In this document: one piece after another, positions 1 through 11,400 of the stretch
Numbering within the stretch: the stretch's first letter is position 1
Layout: each line of letters starts with the position of its first letter
Position numbers and translations under genes: made by a program
Origin: Klebsormidium nitens
Taxonomy: Eukaryota; Plantae; Klebsormidiophyceae
Length of the DNA: 64,000 nucleotides
Direction: 5' to 3'
Assembly (NCBI GenBank): GCA_000708835.1
Contig: DF237182.1
Location: 69,506-133,505 of the forward strand
Notes under the pieces: model-generated
The model's database searches: none
The model's input: the letters and a program-made list of their open reading frames with translations, nothing else
What the model was told of the DNA's origin: nothing

Positions 1-3000
1 GGAGAAGCCAGTGGGTCCCCCAATCGCGGCGTTCAAAGCGGAGAAGAAGAGGGTGGCCGCTGAGAAGAAGGCGAAAGCAGAGGCGGCGGAGAAGTTGGCT
101 CAGAAGAAGGTAGAGCCTGCTGAGGGCGCGGAAGCCAAGGCGGGGCTGGATGTTTCGGAGGGCAATGTTCCCATCATTGCCCCCAAGCTCAAGGAGCCGA
201 GGAAGAGAAAAGAGAAGGAGAGCAAGGGGCAGGATGGAGAGAAGAAGGAAAAGAAGAGGAGCAAGGGGGATCACGACGTGGTAAAGAGGTGAGCTCATTA
301 TGCGCTCCTCAACGTGGTCCGGCCTGACCTGGTGTGAGGGGTGGTCTGCCTTCAAGTTGGTTGAGGTGTCTGTCTGGGGCGCAATTAGTGCATCAACTGC
401 TGACATCTCCAATGGGCCCAAATTAAATGAGCGCTGCATTCAGCATCTGTCAAAGAATGCATGTTTCGTGGTTCTGTCCAATGGCACATGTGAATCATTT
501 GGTTGTTTCTGAAGCCATTAAGATGCAATCCTTTGATGGAATAAGGTTGATTGAATCAGATAGACCTTTTTCACTTTGGCTGATCTGACGGCCTTCTGAA
601 CTGCAGGTCTGGCCACATTGGGAAGCCAGCCAAACCAGAAGCAGAACCCGAGGTAAAATCCCTTCACACTCTCAGATGGAATGGTAGTCGTGCACTGATC
701 CAATTTTATGTAAGACCTTGTTCAAGTGGGAGCAATCTGAGGTACCAGATGGACAGTGGGGCAACGGGATAATGAAGAACGAGACGTTAAGGAGTTGGTG
801 TTAACCGGCAAGTCTGCATCTGCTCCGATAGCTTGGTTTCTGATGTTACCTGCACTTACATCCATTCTCGGGCGCAAGTACACCAGGTGCTGACATCAGA
901 TTCTTTTTCCGCCACTCAGTTTGATCGAGAGGGATCCTACTCCGACAAGTCAGACAGGGAGCCAATCAAGCCAGCCTCGCAGAAGTCTGCTAAGGCGGCG
1001 AAGAGGGAGGCGATGGCAGCATCTCTCAAAGCTGAAAAAGCTGGTGAGCACCTTTAGAATGCAAGATTGCCCACTCCTGGGTTCTCATTGCCAATCAAAT
1101 AACCTAGGATTTATGATCCGGAGTGTATCAAAACATTCCCCGTGTTGAAAATGGACACCTTCTGCCCTGGTTCATGTCTTGCATGGGAGTCTTAAGCTTC
1201 ATCTGTAATCCAAGATAGGAAGCTGCAAAAGTTTCTCTCTGGATAGTTCGCGCTTGACCATCAAATCATAAGGTCTTGGAAACCAACTTCTATTACTGCC
1301 TCACAAGCTTGCAACCCCCCGATACAATACTGGTCACCAAATGTTTCCCCTTTATGGGCCTGCTGCTTTGACTGAGATGACATTCAAGCAGTGAGCTTCT
1401 GATGTGACATGTTATTCTCCTTACACTGGACAGGACAAACTTAACGTCTAGACAAGACTTTTCAAGAGCACTCCGAGTGCCTTATCCTCATGCTAACGTT
1501 GACCGCTTGACAACCCTGCAGCCTCTGAGAAAGAGCCCCCTACGGCGCCGTCTGTGTCCCGCCCCCCCTCAGCCCCTCAGTCAGCCCCGGCTCCCGTTGC
1601 TCCCACTCCAACGAACGCTCCTCCGAGCTCGTCCCCTGTTCCGGCATCTGCTGCTGTTTTGCCAGGCCCTGGGGCTCCCTTGCCAGCCTGGGCGCAAGGA
1701 AGCATGCCCCCAATGTGAGTATCTGCTGATAGCAAGGTGCTCCCCTGTGTCTGGTATCTGAGTCTCCAAAAGACCTTGCTTGCATAGTGGCTACTATCTG
1801 CATCATTCCCTCAACCTTTTTCCCGTGCATTGTCATTCCTTCGTATCTCATCACTCACGTCAGGGTGCCGTTCCTTCGTCACGTGTGTGGCTTTTGCTCT
1901 TCCAGATACCTCCCAGCCCTTCGGTACTGTGAAGGACAGTTTGAGATAGGCAGTAAACGTTTCTTTGAGTTTCCAAATCTGTGCTTATTGTCGATTCCCT
2001 TCGTTTCCAGGTACTTCAACCAGGCCATGGCTGCTGCTGCTGCGGCTGCAGCTGCCACCTGGCCCAACCAACTAGGGATGGACGGAAGGGAAGGTGGAGC
2101 GGCGGCGGCCGCCGCACAGGCGCATGTGAGTCTAGCAGGCCGGAAAGGTCTACTCGACATGTTGATGCTTGTCTAACAACTTCTTACCCGGAATCTACAA
2201 TCCTTTGGAAGCAGACGGGCCGAAATTTGGACACCTTTCTGGTCTGAAAATATCTCAACGGTGTGACCCCTCCCCGTCAAGGTCTATCCGGTTGCTGCAT
2301 GTCTTTTGCTGCAAAGTCGCCTTCAATGCTCTGCATGAATCTGCATGTTGTCGAGCTTTTGTGTTACCCGTGATTCAAGGTTTCGTACCGTCCTCGATCC
2401 TCCCTTCTCACATGGCTCGAATGTCTTGCGACTCTGTCTTGTCAAAGTCCCTCATCCCATCTTTCCCCCCCTTTACAGATTCCCTCCTACATGCTGCCCC
2501 CCCGGCGGCCCTGGAAGCGCTGCGCCTCGCACGTGTACATCGCGCACTACATCGAGTACCAGCAGACCCTCATGCAGCTCTCCAACGCCGGCCTCTTCCT
2601 CCGGATGCCGCAGCAGCCCCCCACGCCCCTCCCAATGGCGTTCGGCGCCAACGCGAGCGCTCCCGGTGGGGGCAGTGGCCCCTCGGTGCCGGCACCATCT
2701 GAGACAGGGCCTGGTCCCGCTCCCTCTGCAGCAGTCAAGCACGAGAGAGGCCCTGTTGGGGAGATGGGCGAGGGGGGGGCAGGGCAGGGGCCACCGGGAA
2801 GGTCGATCGGGTCTGCCTTCCAGGACGCGGGCGCGCGGAAGCCGCCGCAGCAACCGCTTGGGCCCAGCATGCAGGTGAGCTGGCTTTCGTTGGCAATCAT
2901 CGCGCCATGAAATGACAGTGGAAGTGCTCTTGATTCTTGGAAAGAAGGACGGTGTTGGCCGCCTCGACCTGTATGCTAAGTTCGAGCTGATTTTGACCTG

Positions 3001-6000
3001 CGAGTCAGGACGCTTTTGTGGAGCGGTGTTCATGACCAGCAGCTTTTCGCATGAAGCTTTGGTCTTGTTTTTGACTGACGTTTGCAGTGCCTGCGCGGCC
3101 TCTAGTTAGGTTCGAAACGGTGGACGAGCTTACCTCCCACTTATATCTGAATTGGTTTCCTCCTCTTCCGCAGCCCACACCGAAGTCACAGTACAGCACT
3201 CCCCCTCCCCAGAGCACCTCGCCCCCCCGTGCTCCGCAGGCTCCGCCTCCCAGCTCCGATCCCCCCCCGATTTCAGCGCCCCCGAACCCCCCACCGGCAG
3301 CTAGCCAAGGCAGCGGGCAGGCTGGCAACCCCCCCACTGGTCCGGGGACAGCACAAGTCACGGCCCAGGCGGCATATGCTGCGCAGCACTTGGCGATGCT
3401 TCAGCAGAACGGCTACCCGTTCCCGTTTAACCCCGCGTCCTTGAACCTGCCCCCCTTCCCCCCCTTCTCTGGGGCCAGTGGGCACCTTCCGGGGATCTCG
3501 CCAGCAGCGGTAAGTCAAGACTGCGCTTGCTGAAAGGTGGTCTTATGGTTTTGTCGGCGTGTCACAACCTTTTGAGAGTGCCGTTGGACTTGTCCTTCAA
3601 AGAGTCTACAACGTGCGAAAAGGATTACTTGTCACCTCGTGATGCATTGCCACAGCCCCGTTTCGCCATCAAAAACCTTTCTTGTTCGACTTCGGGTTAG
3701 TGTAACAGGGGTCGGGGAAATGCAGGAGTAAGGATGGGGCCCGCCCTGCTCTGTTGGTTATGAAAAGCACCCATACCCGCTCTGTCTGTTGGCGTCTTCG
3801 GTTGACACTCTGTAACGATCCGACAGGAGAAAGTCGTGTCCATCAGATCTGACGCGAAGACAGTGCTGCTGCCCTTACCTACTCCGAAATCTGGAAAGAG
3901 GTTATCTCGGAATCCGCTCACAACGACAATTGCTTCTCCTGCAGGTGGCACAATACATGGCGTACTTGCAAACGAGTCTGGGCATTCCGCCACAGGGCGG
4001 TCTTCCTCCTCAACTCCTCCATGCACATCACTCTCCCAATGAGCACTTACCCCAGCCAACAGGAGGCCCCCCCGCCTCTGCCGGCCTAGATGTCAAACCC
4101 CAAACTCTCGCACGGCCCAATCTCAACCAGCAGCCCATGCCCGGCCCTCGCCCCCCTCCGCACAACGACCCCCCGCCGAATCGGGAACAGCGCGAGGAAC
4201 GGGAGCAGAAGGTGCGCCCCAATCTGAACAACCGCCCGGTGCGTCCGCCCCAGCAGGGGGAGATGCGGGAGATGGACGAGCGGAAGCAGTTCGGCGAGCG
4301 GGGGGGCCGGCCGACGGAGGGGCCCGCCATGAAGAGCTTCCTGGAGCAGCAGAGCCGGGAGCAGCAAGCGCGCCAGCAGCAGCAGCAGCAGCAGCAGAAA
4401 CTGGGGGGAGCGCCGCCGTACCGCTCGCTCGACCTCCCCCCCGCGTTCTTGCAGAGCCCCGATCTCCTGTACCAAAAGCAGCTCTCCCAACTCGAAGCCA
4501 GCTGGAAGGACGGGTCGTACAAACCGGCGCGCCCGGAGGGTCCCACCAGCCAGCAGCAGCCGCCGCCTCCGCAGCGCCACCCTTCTCTTGCCGGTAACGA
4601 GCGCAACGGCCCTTCGCAGTCGTCGGTTGGTCCGGGACCCCTCGGGTTGAATCCGGCGGCAGCCGGGATGGTCCCGCGCGGGCACACAACGATGATTGGA
4701 ACGCCCGGGATGCTTCCCCCGGGCCCGAACATGGGTCCCATGCCAGCAAACTTCGCCGAGTTCCTGGCAGACGCGCAACGGAGGAGCATCGAGCAGCAGG
4801 GGCAGCGTAGGGGAGGGCCCGAGGGCGGGCGTTACAAGGACCAGCAGCCGGGGGGGCCTCCCGAGGGGAGCCTCCAGTCGTATCGGGACCTGTACATTCA
4901 GCAGTGGAACGAACAAGAAGGCCGGATGCAGCAGCAGGTGCACCGGCCGCCGTCTGCCAGCGAGGGTGGCGGGCAGCGGAGCCGCGAAGGAACTACCAAG
5001 CCGTTGCCAAAGCAGCAATCAGCGGTGGGGAAAGCGTCCCCTTCACTCGACCTTGAAGGGCCCTCTCCGGGGATGGGGGGTTCGATCATCCCGCCTTCGC
5101 GGGCTGGGTCCGGGGCCCAGGGCCCCTCCTCGTTCGGGCCCCCAGGGCAGCGCTCTGGGGGGGCGCAAGGGCCTGCGCAAGGGCCCCCTCCAAAGACGGT
5201 GTTGCCTCGCGGGAAGCTGGCGCAGTCGGGGGGCCCCGGGAGCATGCAACAGCTCCCGTTGTCCGATCCCACAGGGGGGCGAGGGCAGCAGCTGGGCATG
5301 CAAAAGGGGTACCCGTTCGCGTCCTCCTCGGGCCCGGGGCCCAGTTTCGGGACTGGGGGTTTGGGCAGCTCGAGCGGGCGGCCCATCGCGTCCCAGTCGT
5401 TTGGGGCAATGTCGCAGCAGCAGCCGAAGCCGATGTCGCAGGGGCCGGGCTTGTCGCTCGGCGGCCAGTCGGCCCCGAGCGGGTCCGCACAAATGTCGAG
5501 ACTGGTTGACCTCTCCGCGCCGAGCCAGCAGCGGCCGGTTGGGCCTGGGGGAGGGGGCACGTATTTGCAGCGCGCGGGGAGCCTCGGGCCGATGCCGCAG
5601 GGCCAGGCAGCCCCCCAAAAGGGCGGCGAGGCGTTCGCACGCCAGCAGGCGAAGAACGGCAAGGGCAGCGGCTCGGCGAACTTCGCAAAGCCGTCTTCCG
5701 CTTCGGGGGGGCTGTTTAACCAGCAGCGGCTCCCCAGCCCGGGCCACGCTCTACCCCCCGGAATGGTGGCGCAGCAGCACATGGGCGGGTTGGCGATGCC
5801 CGGGGGGGATGACAAGAGCTGGCAGTACCGGAACCATGGGAACCCTGGGGGGGGCGAGGGGAAACTGGGCGGAGTAAAGAAGGCGGACGAGGAGACGAAA
5901 AAGAAGGCGGACCGTGAGCGGCGCGCGGCGCGGCAGCGGCAGAAGGAGCAGGTCGAGTTCGAGCTGCAGTACCTGGCGGATCAGCAGGCGCACGACCAGC

Positions 6001-7467
6001 AGAAGAAGCAGGCCGCCGCGGCCGCGGCCGTGCAGCAGGCCACCGAGCAGTACGCGGCGTTCGCGCAGGCGAAGAAGTTTGCGCCGGGGGCGCTACTCTT
6101 CGCGCAGCAGCAGGGGAAGGCGCAGCCAGTCGGGGCGATGGCGCGCCAGCAAGGGGGGAAAAGTGGCCAGCCGCAGGGGCGGGGGGTAGCCACAGCCTCG
6201 GGAAACATGCACGCGCAGGGGGGGTTGTCCGGGGAGCTCGGCGCGGGGTTGACGCTCGGGCGGAACCCTTCCGGGAGCGCGAACCCGAGCAACGGGGTAG
6301 GGAACGGATCCCGGAACGGAACGCCGGGGTCGGCGCGAAGCCACGAGATGGGGCCCGCGGTCTCGCACATGCAGATGGCGCGGCCGATCAGCCGGGGGGG
6401 AAACGGGGCGAGGTTGCCGGCGACCGTGGGGCTCGGGCAGTTACCGCTGCCGTTCGCCCCGAAGCAGGGCTCGGCGGGTGTGCCGGGGTCGCGGCAGTCG
6501 CCGCCGATGCCGGCGCATCCGGGGCCGGAACGGGCGGCGGGGGAGGGCAATAGCCCGACGGGGAGGCAGGGTAGAGAAACGGGTGCAGCCCAGCATCCAC
6601 AGCCAATGGAGCCGCAGTTGGCCAAGCCGGACATGTCCAGACAAGGTGGGTTGGCTTGCTTAAAGCTTTCAGGGGTAGGGCTTTAGCAAGAGTGCAGACA
6701 GTGAACGGCAGTCCTTTGTTGTCGGCCGAAGCCAATAATCTCTTTTCAGCCGGAACCTTGATCCAAAAATCAAATCTTTTACTCGGACCCAGGCCGAGGC
6801 TGATTGCCAGCAGAGTGACTTCGCTTCATGACCGCTTGTTTCTGGACTCGTTCTAAATGCAGTGGAAGTGATCGGGTCAACTTGGAATACTGGCATCAGT
6901 CAAAAGATTTAGTGACCGCACCTACAAGCTCCGATGCCAGTCGACCATACTGCTGTTTTCCCGCTTTTTCCAGTCGTCTGACTAGCCGTCACTTTTATTT
7001 CAGGTTACAAGGCACCTGCCGACTCCAACGGCCTGCAATCGCAGTCCGACTTTACGATGCTCGCCCGCCCCCCTGCGTCAGCTCCTGCAAGCGCCCCAAG
7101 CCCAAGCAAACCGTTAAATATGGCACAGGCAATTGCACAGACAGCTCCGGCGAGGACGTTTGAAACGCACCTAGGAAATCTGGCAGTCCCTGTCAAGTTG
7201 CCAGTTAGGGATGGTCCGGAGCGAACACCGTTAATGCCACCGCACCCGCCACTAAGGGACGTTCCCGAGCGGACCCCTTTGATGCCACCGCAGCCGCCAA
7301 TGAGTGGGGCAGCGCAGGTGCCGCTCTTAGTTAGGGACGCAGTCCAGACGCCTAACAAGGATGCAAGTCTGCATATGGCACCGCCCCCTAGAATTATACC
7401 ATCTCAAGAGAGAGCAATTTTGCCTAGCGTTGAAGGGGAGAAGGGCCTGCCGAGCAGCGGAGGCTAG
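1..7467 (+). CDS. TIC: TIME FOR COFFEE-like large low-complexity (Q/P/G/A-rich) nuclear protein, 5' end outside window
   Basis: Phase-consistent exons about 1-288, 920-1043, 1522-1714, 2010-2125, 2479-2874, 3174-3509, 3945-6645, 7004-7467 (TAG), all GT-AG. Contains RRPWKRCASHVYIAHYIEYQQ and AQHLAMLQQNGYPFP, which match two short blocks I recall from plant TIC (RPKRCATHCYIARNI; YLAILQNNxYPFP). Confidence 0.7.
4374..4397 (+). repeat. (CAG)8 encoding a polyglutamine run in the TIC-like gene
   Basis: Eight perfect CAG units read directly; the ORF gives QQQQQQQQ. Confidence 0.95.
7205..7300 (+). repeat. Coding tandem repeat, 2 x 16 aa (RDxPERTPLMPPxPP), in the last TIC-like exon
   Basis: RDGPERTPLMPPHPPL followed by RDVPERTPLMPPQPPM in ORF 7057..7467. 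Confidence 0.9.
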
Positions 7468-8494
7468 GGGTGAAGTTTTGCAGAGCCTCTAGAACAATCG
7501 GGGTGGCCCTGAAAACTTGCTGCTCTACCTAAAACGAGTCCTTCCGTGTCATGATGAGTGAGTTAAGATACTCAAAGAACATTGTCAATCTCGAGTTCAG
7601 CCGACTTCATTATGCGCCTGATTGATAACAGCTAATCCGTCAAAGCCACACTAGAGCGTCGATCGCTTTATGGAAAGAGTACAAGTGCTTCAAAGTTGAG
7701 GGTGCTTACCGGCTTGGACGAAGATGAGGATGCTTCACAGATTGCTTATGACGAACTGGTGACGATTCTTCTTGGTTGGAGATTTCGAGTTACATGGACA
7801 GTACGAGGCGACTATATGGCAGTTCTGCCTTAACCCTCGGGTTATATCAGTCAGGATATCCCTATACCCTGACTATATGAAACCTAGCATACTTAAAGGA
7901 GAATTAACCATGTGGAATACATGTGTTTCACGGTGATCGGACACTTTCACCGGGCCATGCTGGTGATCTATTACTATTAGGTAAGCGACGACGTGCATGG
8001 TATCCAGCTTGGAGACCTGAAGGGGTACGTCACTTGTCAGGTCATCTACGGTTCAAAGTCCAACGAAATCATCCTGCGCGACCATCGACGGCTCCGAACT
8101 GTAGGTGGTGCCAACTGGCACCGACCAGTCTCGATCGCAGTTCAGGTTCACAAACTTCACAACGATCTGCCTGATTTCGAGGAAGGTTTTGCCAAATCAG
8201 CACAAAATCCAGAGCTGTGTGTGTTTACAGCTGGACTGCTGCCGTCTCTGGTGAGGCACTCATGATGTCAGTGCTCCACCAGCCCACCAATATCGTGATT
8301 GTCCCCTGCCAAGCTGTACGTCGCGCCCAGCTCAACGAAAGCCTACCTATCGACGCTCCCTACGTAGGAACCACCATAGGTATGTGCACAGAATTGAGCT
8401 TACCATGCTGGAGGTCTTTTTTCTAGCCCATGCTTTGTAGGTCGTTCCTGAGCAGCGTTCTCTTAAAGGCAGCATCTCCGTGCCGTGCCTTTAC

Positions 8495-11400
8495 ATGCCC
8501 ATCAGTCCGGTGGGCGCGTCGCGGGTTTGCATGAAGTGCTTGGAAGAGGCCGGCATGACAGGTCTCTCCGTGCATGCGCCGCGAAGCCATTCCTCTCTCG
8601 GAAGGATGTTCTCCCTTACCCCCTGGTCCATCTCTGGGCGGGCAGACAGACTCTTGGTCAATCACCAGACAAGCTCCTTCGTTGAGCCTGGAAGCCTTAG
8701 GCGGAGGGGGAGTCCTTGTTCTGTGAAAAGCAAGCGGTTTGGGCGGGAGTCGGTGGGTCTGGGGTACTGGCAGATTGCAGACTTTCTGCGGCAAAAGGGG
8801 CGGTTTGCAAGTGGCGCACGGGCGGCGCCTCGTGAGGACACGTTTGCGAAGGGGCAGAGCGACGCAACGGGGGCGGGAGGGAGGCAGCGGACGGAGCAAT
8901 GGATCTGGTGAGGGCACTTGAGCTAACAGAGGATATGGAGTTGACAAAGTTGCGAGGTTAAGAAAGATATGGAGCGACAAGTTGCAAGGTTGAGAAAGAT
9001 ATGGAGTTTGAGGGTATTTTGATGTTGAAGTTATGGAGCGAGCTGGTGATTGTGGTTGGAATGGCTGCGCAGCTCCTATCCTGCATGCTGCAGAAGTGGT
9101 GTGACTTCGAGCACAAGGCCTGAGCTGGGACCATTTGAAGAATGGTGCCGATTGAATCGTCAGCTGAAAACAGATGCAACTGTGAGGGTTGATAGGTCAA
9201 TCTGTGTTTGGCGCACTGCCCGTGTGGCGGGGAGGAATACAAGTAATGAGGAAATTCAGAAGGACAGCTGGCAAGCTGAAGGAATGTGTTACAGGAAACA
9301 TGTATTTGGCTATTGATGCTGGCGTCGCCGAACTTGGTCTTCAGAAGTGAAGGTATTGGGCTGAAATGCTTCCGTAAGTATACTGTGAAAGTACTCCGGC
9401 GAGTGCTGCCGTCTAGAGAGCTCTCCTCTTATAGTTTCTTGTGTTAGAGCTTTGGGGATTCTTTGCAGAGGCGCATTTGTCTATGCTCCCAATCAAACGC
9501 TTCACCACATTTTGGGCGCTGCACGCAGCTTACAGAAAAGACATAGCTTATGAACCTTTCCTTCATGCATCTTTTGCCACTCTCTCCAAGGCAGTCTACC
9601 CCGTGGGCCGAACCTTTCTTATGTCCACCCTGCAGGATCTTGACAACTGTTGCTATCTACGTAGCTCCGTCCCTCCCATTTATCGCCACAGCATTCTTTG
9701 CTCCGCAATTTCTGCCCCTCATTGGGGGCGCCTGGTGCACACTAGAGGTGAGTTTCATGCTAGCCGATTGCTCATTGCTTTGTCCTGAACGCGCACTGCT
9801 TTTGGAGTTTGACAGCTGTATCAAAAGCCACGTGGGCTTTGTTTGGTCGATAACTTGGAAGGATAGCTGAGAGCTTTGCTTCCACAAAAAATCCAGGCTG
9901 TTCTTATCTTTCGATGCTCGATACAGCGCATGCCTGGTTACATGTTCTACTGCTCACATTACATGGAGAAGAATAGCCATTTTCTTTGAAAAGCCATGCC
10001 TGGCTGCTTGGGCGTTTGACTGGTACTCCCTTGTCCTTCATTCTGAAGCCCAAGATTGGCAATGTAAAGTCATGTGCGCAAGCGGCAGTAAAAACGAAAC
10101 GGGTAATTTTATCAAGACGTTCGTGATCAATCGAGGGGAATTAGGTCGCAATGAACGATGCTCGCATAAAAGTGAACCACTATGTTCTACATTCGAAGCC
10201 TCCAGTTCTCAGGACAGTTCTGCCCACAAAGCTCGCGCAGAAATACCAGCTATACTGAAGCGGGGCTTCAGCCTATATGATTCTGGGCCTCTGTCACAAG
10301 GCCCAGACTGTTTCCAACAGATTGAGCGTCAGGCGCCGAGTCATGTCTACTTTTGCTGTAAACGCAGGCTCTCTTCTTGATCTACCATGAGGTTGAACGG
10401 CGACGTGTGGATGCCGCCATTGTTTTGGGGCCCGCGCCCAGCCCCGCTGATGTCGTCACGATGCTGGACCGTGTTTTGGAGCTCAAGTGAGTGACGATCA
10501 GGTCAAGGAGTACCCCGTTACACTTTTCAGCTTTCGTGTGTCTATTGGGACCTTGCAAAGTTGCCTTGCGGTGTCAATCCAGGGTTGACAGAAGCTTGCT
10601 TGTCGCGGTCTCGCGGTGTTTGGCACCCTAGATGTCTGATTTGTTCATGCCAATAATGCTTTCTGAGCTTCCAAAATCTGGATCGAAGCTCGAGTCATAC
10701 ACTGATAAAAGACGAATGTAAGCGTAGAAGCATGAAGAATGGTGGGCAGAAGGCATACGGCATGTGCTCGAGCCAGGGACGTCTTCTTTGCAGGGCATCA
10801 GTCCACATACTGTGTCTCGGTACGTCAATTCTACCTCACCATCATCGAAGTCAATGTCGGAGGTTCTGGGCGCTTTCCCTTCTTGGCACCGCCCATATGG
10901 TAGCGCCGTATCAAAAGGGGAGAGCGAACCTCGTTTGTTTTCCGTGCAGGCAAATTATCGACACCAAGTCGTTCCTGAGCCGGTGGTTCCTAGGTGCGCC
11001 GTTTGAGAGCATCGGCCGCGAGAACGTTGCCGACTTTGTGTCGTACGGGTTTTACGACCGGCACATGCAAGAGCTCAGCCCGGCAATGCAGGAGGCCGTC
11101 AGAGGTGGGGCTTACATATTTGAGGTGCCTCTTTCTTTGTCACAAATTTTCAGGAATGAAGGTTGAAACTTACAGGATCGAGTCTTCAATGTTCAAGATG
11201 TTGTTCGAGGATCCAAATTCTTCTCCCGTGAAATTGGGGCGTGTAAATGAATTTTGGAATACATGGAGTTTTCGGCTTTAGGCTTCCCGGCGTGTTGTTC
11301 CCTGGCACTGTCATTGACAAGAGGGACCGATGATTTTGTTGAGTCCCAGCGTTTCCATGTTCGTTGGTTGCTGGTAAAGACTAAAGGTCTTTCGCGCATT

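Noticed and set aside
4028-6634. Long antisense and off-frame ORFs (200-390 aa) over the big TIC exon
   Set aside because: Expected shadows of a GC-rich, low-complexity coding exon; no motifs and no independent splice structure.
8423-8980. 185-aa minus-strand ORF
   Set aside because: Overlaps the plus-strand candidate first exon of the hydrolase, has no recognisable domain, and GC-rich sequence explains the lack of stops.
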